DNA of 64,000 nucleotides, from positions 15,934,001-15,998,000 of the forward strand of contig NC_043014.1 of assembly GCF_006345805.1 (NCBI RefSeq), read 5' to 3'. The translations under genes and the position numbers were made by a program. The notes below the pieces were generated by a model. The model searched no databases and had not been told where the DNA came from. It was given only the letters and a program-made list of their open reading frames with translations. Source of the stretch: Octopus sinensis. Its lineage: Eukaryota. The number at the start of each line of letters is the position of its first letter. Within the stretch, counting starts at the first letter, position 1. Below, piece by piece: positions 56,801 through 64,000 of this stretch.

Positions 56801-59800
56801 ACCTCAGAAAAGAAAAACTCACCTCATTCAGCCTCACAAATCAGCAATGATGAGCCATAGTCTCGACAATACACAAAGTTGCTTCAGACACTCAAATAAT
56901 CATCCACCATCAAATTTCACTGTAAGCATCGTTGAGGTACTTGGGAGTTTCTCTTGTGTTACCATCACTCATCAACCGTCAAATACTGGACAAATGAAAA
57001 TAGGCCTGAAATTCAAGCAAAATGTACCTCCACTTCTATCATGAGCTTGGCAATATCACCGTTTGCACATTCCATTACAGCTGTCACTAATGTTCCACGA
57101 TTTTCTGTTAGACATTCTATCGCAGCTTCCAAAGATTCCAGTAGATGTTCTGTCAGTTGTTACAAGTGTCCATTAGATGCTCCACCAGATACCAGTCTCC
57201 ATTAGAAGTTATGAAGTCGTCGCAAATCTCTTGTTTGATGTATTAGATACCAAAAAGGCTAGATATAAAGCAAAACAAACCACTTCTTTCCTCCAAAGTT
57301 GCCCAACATTTGCAGATGTCCAAACGCATGTCCACAGTAGCTACCATAATAATCATCAGTTGAATTCCATCGCAAATATTCCATCCAAAGTTGTCACCAG
57401 TTGGCTGTCAATTACAGATGTCATCCACATCTACAGAGAAAAAAAATACACTAAGAAAAACTCACCCCTTCTTTCAGCCTCACGATTCAACAATGATGAG
57501 CCACATTCTCTTCAACATATAAAGCTATCTCAAAGTTCACAAATCATCATGCTTCACAATGTCCTATCAAAGTTGCCAGTCTCCATCAGATGTGCTAAAG
57601 TTGCCATCCATCTCCAAATGTTCAAGACTTGCTATCAGTCTCCAAATGTTCAATCAGTCAACACCACTCTCCAGATGAAACACCATAGTTGCCATTTCTT
57701 CCTTGTCCAACTTATTAAATATGAAAATGTCTGAAAACAAAACAAAAGAAACCACTTCTTTCTTCCTAATTTACCAGTCTTGTTGACATTTGTAGATGAT
57801 CAAGTCAGGGCAGTAATAACTTTGGTAAGAATTAGTTGCATTCCATTAGATATTCTACTGGTCCACACTAGCTTCCTCCAATTCATCATGGATCTTCTAT
57901 CACATAGTTATCACAAGTTGGTTGTCAATTGTAGATGTGATCCTTATCTGCAACAGAAAATATCTCAAAAGCAAATCTCACCTCTTCTTTCAATCTAATT
58001 GGTGATGAGCAAGTCTCTTCGATACATGAAGCTGTTCCAGAAGTCCAGATCTTTATGTCTCACAGTAGTCACCTCTAAGCTATGCAGTTATTCTTTTCTA
58101 AGCAGCTCTAATTATGTATGCAAACCTGTCACCAGAATCCATTAGTTGCTCTGCCAGTTGATACCAGTCTGTCATATGCTCCATCTCTGTTGTATCCAGT
58201 GTCCGTCAGATGGTTTGTCACCATTTCCATTAATTGTTCCACTACAACTTCCGATATCTATTAGACGCTCCTCCACTGATGCCATTGGTAATCTGATGTT
58301 CCATCACAGTTGCCATCAATTTGCAGATGCTCCATCACTCTTCTTCACAGATACCACCAGCTTCTTGTCTGATTCATTAGGTATTGAAAAGCCTGAAAAT
58401 GAAGGAAAATAAGCGACCTCTTTCCTCCTAAGTTATTGGTCCTTTCAAAATTTGATGTCATCCTCATTTGCAAACAAAAATACTTGAAAAAAGAAAGTGA
58501 TCAGTTTCCAGATGTTACATCACGGTTGGTACCCATCTCTAGACATTACATCATGGTGGCCACCAGTCTCCATAAGATTCTATTACAATTGCCACCAGTG
58601 CCCATCAGATGATTCTATTAGTTGCCACCAGTCACTATCATATGCTCCATCAGTTGCTACCAGTCACCATCAGCTGCTCCATCAGTTGCTACCAGTCACC
58701 ATCAGATGCTCCATCTGTTGCTACCAGTCACCATCAGATGTTCCATCACAGTTGCTCCCCATCTCCATCAAATGTTCAAAAGATGCATCCAGTTTGTCTC
58801 ACCAATTACGTAAACAAAATAGCATGAACATGAAAGTAAGCGAACCACTTCTTGCCACCAAACTCATCAGCTCTGGTTGTAATCTGGACTTGCATTCCAT
58901 CAAAATTGCTAACAGCCTTTTCTACCAATTTCCAGTTAATAAATATTCTATTAGCATGTACCATCTTCTATTGTATTATCCATCAGACTATTTTCTTCAT
59001 GAAGATTCCATCGGAGTCACCACCAATGTCACAAATCTTCCATCATACAGCTGTCTCCAGTTAGTTGTCAATTACAGTTGTTATCCTTTTCTGCAAAAGA
59101 AAACCTCAGAAAAGAAAAACTCACCTCATTCAGCCTCACAAATCAGCAATGATGAGCCATAGTTTCGACAATACACAAAGTTGCTTCAGACACTCAAATC
59201 ATCATCCACCATCAAATTTCACTGTAAGCATCGTTGAGGTACTTGGGAGTTTCTCTTGTGTTACCATCACTCATCAACCGTCAAATACTGGACAAATGAA
59301 AATAGGCCTGAAATTCAAGCAAAATGTACCTCCACTTCTATCATGAGCTTGGCAATATCACCGTTTGCACAATCCATTACAGCTGTCACTAATGTTCCAC
59401 GATTTTCTGTTAGACATTCTATCGCAGCTTCCAAAGATTCCAGTAGATGTTCCGTCAGTTGCCACAAGTTTCCATTGGATGCTCCACCAGATACCAGTCT
59501 TCACCTAGAAGTTATGAAGTCGTCGCAAGTCTCTTGTTTGATGTATTAGATACCAAAAAGCCTAGGAATGAAGCAAAACAAACCACTTCTTTCCTCCAAA
59601 GTTGCCAGTCAACATTTGCAGATGTTCAAACGCATGTTCACAGTAGCTACCATAATAATCATCAGTTGAATTCCATCGCAAATATTCCATCCAAAGTTGT
59701 CACCAGTTGGCTGACAATTGCAGATGTCATCCACATCTACAGAGAAAAAAAATACACAAGAAAAAACTCACCCCTTCTTTCAGCCTCACGATTCAACAAT

Positions 59801-62800
59801 GATGAGCCACATTCTCTTCAACATATAAAGCTGTCTCGAAGTTCACAAATCATCATGCTTCACATTGTCCTATCAAAGTTGCCAGTCTCCATCAGATGTG
59901 CTAAAGTTGCCAACAGCCTCCAGATGTTTCACGACTTGCCATCAGTCCCCAAATGTTCAATCAGTCGACACTACTCTCCAGATGAAACACCATAGTTGCC
60001 ACTAGTCCCTTGTCCAACTACTTAAATATGAAAATGTCTGAAAACAAAGCAAAAGAAACCACTTCTTTCCTCCAAATTTACCAGTCTTGTTGACATTTGT
60101 AGATGATCAAGTCAGGGCAGTAATAACTTTGGTAAGAATTAGTTGCATTCCATCACAAGTGCAAAGAGATTCCATTAGATATTCTACTGGTCCACACTAG
60201 CTTCCTCCAATTCATCATGAATCTTCTATCACATAGTTATCACAAGTTGGTTGTCAATTGTAGATGTGATCCTTATCTGCAACAGAAAATATCTCAAAAG
60301 CAAATCTCACCTCTTCTTTCAATCTAATTGGTGATGAGCAAGTCTCTTCGATACATGAAGCTGTTCCAGAAGTCCAGATCTTTATGTCTCACAGTAGTCA
60401 CCTCTAAGCTATGCAGTTATTCTTTTCTAAGCAGCTCTAATTAGGTATGCAAACCTGTCACCAGAATCCATTAGTTGCTCTGCCAGTTGATACCAGTCTG
60501 TCATATGCTCCATCTCTGTTGCATCCAGTGTCCATCAGATGGTTTGTCACCATTTCCATTACTTGTTCCACTACAACTTCCGATATCTATATAGACGCTC
60601 CACCACAAATCCCATTGGTAATCTTATGTTCCATCAATTTGCATATGCTCGATCACAGCAGTCATCACTCTTCTTCACAGATACCACCAGCTTCTTGTCT
60701 GATTCATTAGGTATTGAAAAGCCTGAAAATGAAGTAAAATGAGCTACCTCTCCTCTTTCCTCCTAAGTTATTGGTCCTTTCAAAATTTGATGTCATCTTG
60801 ATTTGCAAACGAAAATACTTGAAAAAAGAAATTTATCAGTTTCCAGATGTTACATCACGGTTGGTACCCATCTCTAGACATCACATCATGGTTGCCACCA
60901 GCCTCCATACAATTGCCACCAGTGCCCATCAGATGATTCTATAGTTGCCACCAGTCACTATCATATGCTCCATCAGTTGCTACCAGTCACCATCAGATGC
61001 TCCATCTGTTGCTACCAGTCACCATTGGATGCTCCATCTGTTGCTACCAGTCACCATGAGATGCTCCATCTGTTGCTACCAGTCACCATGAGATGCTCCA
61101 TCTGTTGCTACCAGTCACCATCAGCTGCTCCATCTGTTGCTACCAGTCACCATCAGATGCTCCATCTGTTGCTACCAGTCACCATCAGATGTTCCATCAC
61201 AGTTGCTCCCCATCTCCATCAAATGTTCAAAAGATGCATCCAGTTTGTCTCACCAATTACGTAAACAAAATAGCATGAACATGAAAGTAAGCGAACCACT
61301 TCTTGCCACCAAACTCATCAGCTCTGGTTGTAATCTGGACTTGCATTCCATCAAAATTGCTAACAGCCTTCTCTACCAATTTCCACAGTTAATAAATATT
61401 CTATTAGCATGTACCATCTTCTATTGTATTATCCATCAGACTATTTTCTTCATGAAGATTCCATCGGAGTCACCACCATGTCACAATCTTCCATCATACA
61501 GCTGTCTCCAGTTAGTTGTCAATTACAGATGTTATCCTTTTCTGCAAAAGAAAACCTCAGAAAAGAAAAACTCACCTCATTCAGCCTCACAAATCAGCAA
61601 TGATGAGCCATAGTCTCGACAATACACAAAGTTGCTTCAGACACTCAAATCATCATCCACCATCAAATTTCACTGTAAACATCGTTGAGGTACTTGGGAG
61701 TTTCTCTTGTGTTACCATCACTCATCAACCGTCAAATACTGGACAAATGAAAATAGGCCTGAAATTCAAGCAAAATGTACCTCCACTTCTATCATGAGCT
61801 TGGCAATATCACCGTTTGCACATTCCATTACAGCTGTCACTAATGTTCCACGATTTTCTGTTAGACATTCTATCTATCGCAGCTTCCAAAGATTCCAGTA
61901 GATGTTCTGTCAGTTGTTACAAGTGTCCATTAGATGGCTCCACCAGATACCAGTCTCCATTAGAAGTTATGAAGTCGTCGCAAATCTCTTGTTTGATGTA
62001 TTAGATACCAAAAAGGCTAGATATAAAGCAAAACAAACCACTTCTTTCCTCCAAAGTTGCCCAACATTTGCAGATGTCCAAACGCATGTCCACAGTAGCT
62101 ACCATAATAATCATCAGTTGAATTCCATCGCAAATATTCCATCCAAGGTTGTCACCAGTTGGCTGTCAATTGCAGATGTCATCCACATCTACAGAGAAAA
62201 AAATACACAAAGAAAAACTCACCCCTTCTTTCAGCCTCACGATTCAACAATGATGAGCCACATTCTCTTCAACATATAAAGCTATCTCAAAGTTCACAAA
62301 TCATCATGCTTCACAATGTCCTATCAAAGTTGCCAGTCTCCATCAGATGTGCTAAAGTTGCCATCCATCTCCAAATGTTCAAGACTTGCTATCAGTCTCC
62401 AAATGTTCAATCAGTCAACACCACTCTCCAGATGAAACACCATAGTTGCCATTTCTTCCTTGTCCAACTTATTAAATATGAAAATGTCTGAAAACAAAAC
62501 AAAAGAAACCACTTCTTTCTTCCTAATTTACCAAGTCTTGTTGACATTTGTAGATGATCAAGTCAGGGCAGTAATAACTTTGGTAAGAATTAGTTGCATT
62601 CCATTAGATATTCTACTGGTCCACACTAGCTTCCTCCAATTCATCATGGATCTTCTATCACATAGTTATCACAAGTTGGTTGTCAATTGTAGATGTGATC
62701 CTTATCTGCAACAGAAAATATCTCAAAAGCAAATCTCACCTCTTCTTTCAATCTAATTGGTGATGAGCAAGTCTCTTCGATACATGAAGCTGTTCCAGAA

Positions 62801-64000
62801 GTCCAGATCTTTATGTCTCACAGTAGTCACCTCTAAGCTATGCAGTTATTCTTTTCTAAGCAGCTCTAATTAGGTATGCAAACCTGTCACCAGAATCCAT
62901 TAGTTGCTCTGCCAGTTGATACCAGTCTGTCATATGCTCCATCTCTGTTGTATCCAGTGTCCATCAGATGGTTTGTCACCATTTCCATTAATTGTTCCAC
63001 TACAACTTCCGATATCTATTAGACGCTCCTCCACTGATGCCATTGGTAATCTGATGTTCCATCACAGTTGCCATCAATTTGCAGATGCTCCATCACTCTT
63101 CTTCACAGATACCACCAGCTTCTTGTCTGATTCATTAGGTATTGAAAAGCCTGAAAATGAAGGAAAATAAGCGACCTCTTTCCTCCTAAGTTATTGGTCC
63201 TTTCAAAATTTGATGTCATCCTCATTTGCAAACGAAAATACTTGAAAAAAGAAAGTGATCAGTTTCCAGATGTTACATCACGGTTGGTACCCATCTCTAG
63301 ACATTACATCATGGTGGCCACCAGTCTCCATAAGATTCTATTACAATTGCCACCAGTGCCCATCAGATGATTCTATTAGTTGCCACCAGTCACTATCATA
63401 TGCTCCATCAGTTGCTACCAGTCACATCAGATGCTCCATCAGTTGCTACCAGTCACCATCAGCTGCTACATCTGTTGCTACCAGTCACCATCAGATGCTC
63501 CATCTGTTGCTACCATTCACCAGTCACCATCAGATGTTCCATCACAGTTGCTCCCCATCTCCATCAATTGTTCAAAAGATGCATCCAGTTTGTCTCACCA
63601 ATCTACGTAAACAAAATAGCATGAACACGAAAGTAAGCAAACCACTTCTTGCCACCAAACTCATCAGTTCTGGTTGTAATCCGGACTTGCATTCCATCAA
63701 AATTGCTAACAGCCTTCTCTACCAATTTCCAGTTAATAATATTCTATTAGCATGTACCATCTTCTATTGTATTATCCATCAGACTATTTTCGTCATGAAG
63801 ATTCCATCGGAGTCACCACCAATGTCACAAATCTTCCATCATACAGCTGTCTCCAGTTAGTTGTCAATTACAGTTGTTATCCTTTTCTGCAAAAGAAAAC
63901 CTCAGAAAAGAAAAACTCACTCATCATTCAGCCTCACAAATCAGCAATTGAGCCATAGTTTCGACAATACACAAAGTTGCTTCAGACACTCAAATCATCA
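44850..64000. repeat. Higher-order repeat of 2.2-2.5 kb units (8 units), with 4.75-kb and 6,994-bp super-periods
   Basis: The anchor ttttCTGCAAAAgaaaacctcag occurs at 44955, 47485, 49658, 52110, 54479, 56789, 59091, 61542, 63887. Pairs 45899/52893 and 47485/54479 are both 6994 apart. Pairs 56789/61542 and 58146/62904 are ~4755 apart. Confidence 0.9.
51535..51770. repeat. 32-bp tandem array (CAGATGCTCCATCTGTTGCTACCAGTCACCAT); copy-number-variable paralogs near 47065, 49170, 54060, 56345, 58640, 60965, 63405
   Basis: Directly visible; period 32 (51629, 51661, 51693). Confidence 0.92.

Larger units (their letters stand above)
9300..64000 (-). ncRNA. Candidate giant repeat-derived long non-coding RNA locus (hypothesis only)
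   Basis: Indirect only: minus-strand consensus splice signals, persistent strand skew, near absence of TEs, recurring short motifs. No expression data, and no promoter within the window. Confidence 0.3.
19800..64000. repeat. Modular complex repeat: 0.5-1 kb modules made of A-rich motif A, linker, A-rich motif B, linker and a 31-34-bp mini-array; continues past the window end
   Basis: Recurring landmarks cctgaaaatgaagcaaaa, ataactttggtaag, ttaccaatttccag, gttgtcaattacagatgtcatc, ctgcaaaagaaaa...aactcacctcttctttcag, cagatgttccatcacagttgccaccag appear in conserved order. Confidence 0.85.

Noticed and set aside
61380-63960. Cluster of 1-5 bp indels relative to paralogous HOR units (e.g. near 61385, 61478, 61872, 61936, 62533, 63425, 63515, 63737)
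   Set aside because: More likely reduced consensus accuracy or phasing error in a near-identical repeat than biology; needs read-level checking.
9500-64000. Hundreds of + strand ORFs rich in His/Cys/Ser/Pro (up to 381 aa) resembling zinc-finger, metallothionein or mucin proteins
   Set aside because: Unit lengths (44, 31, 34, 32) are not multiples of 3, all three frames are open and are rotations of the same peptide, indels ignore frame, and the units simply lack TAA/TAG/TGA on this strand.

Overview
Eukaryotic, animal genomic DNA, probably an invertebrate and plausibly a cephalopod or other mollusc (inferred from repeat families and an 18S fragment; not proven). I find no intact host protein-coding gene. 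(1) 1-7.9 kb is a nest of dead mobile elements. An old Tx1/L1-clade LINE (-) carries a 147-nt 18S rRNA fragment with an 11-bp target duplication and a decayed Ty3/Gypsy LTR element (-). The Gypsy LTRs were in turn hit by a mariner and a MITE. (2) 7.9-9.3 kb is an AT-rich spacer. (3) 9.3-64 kb is one continuous, strand-skewed, hierarchical tandem-repeat locus that runs off the window. It begins with a ~10 kb array of 44-bp units. About 44 kb of 0.5-1 kb modules follow, each with a locally expanded 31/32/34-bp array, and from ~45 kb these are organised as 2.2-2.5 kb higher-order repeats. Only one recognisable TE interrupts it (a 5'-truncated Tx1-like LINE at 28.6-30.0 kb). The many His/Cys/Ser/Pro ORFs on the + strand are artefacts of stop-free units whose lengths are not multiples of 3. 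The most unusual signal is on the - strand: dozens of textbook splice donors (GAG|GTATGT, GAG|GTGAGT) lying only ~22 or ~33 nt upstream of textbook acceptors (TTTTCAG|G, TTTTGCAG|A). The same strand carries many miR-2/K-box seed matches and a repeated mini-hairpin. My working hypothesis is a giant repeat-built non-coding RNA locus; there is no expression evidence here.
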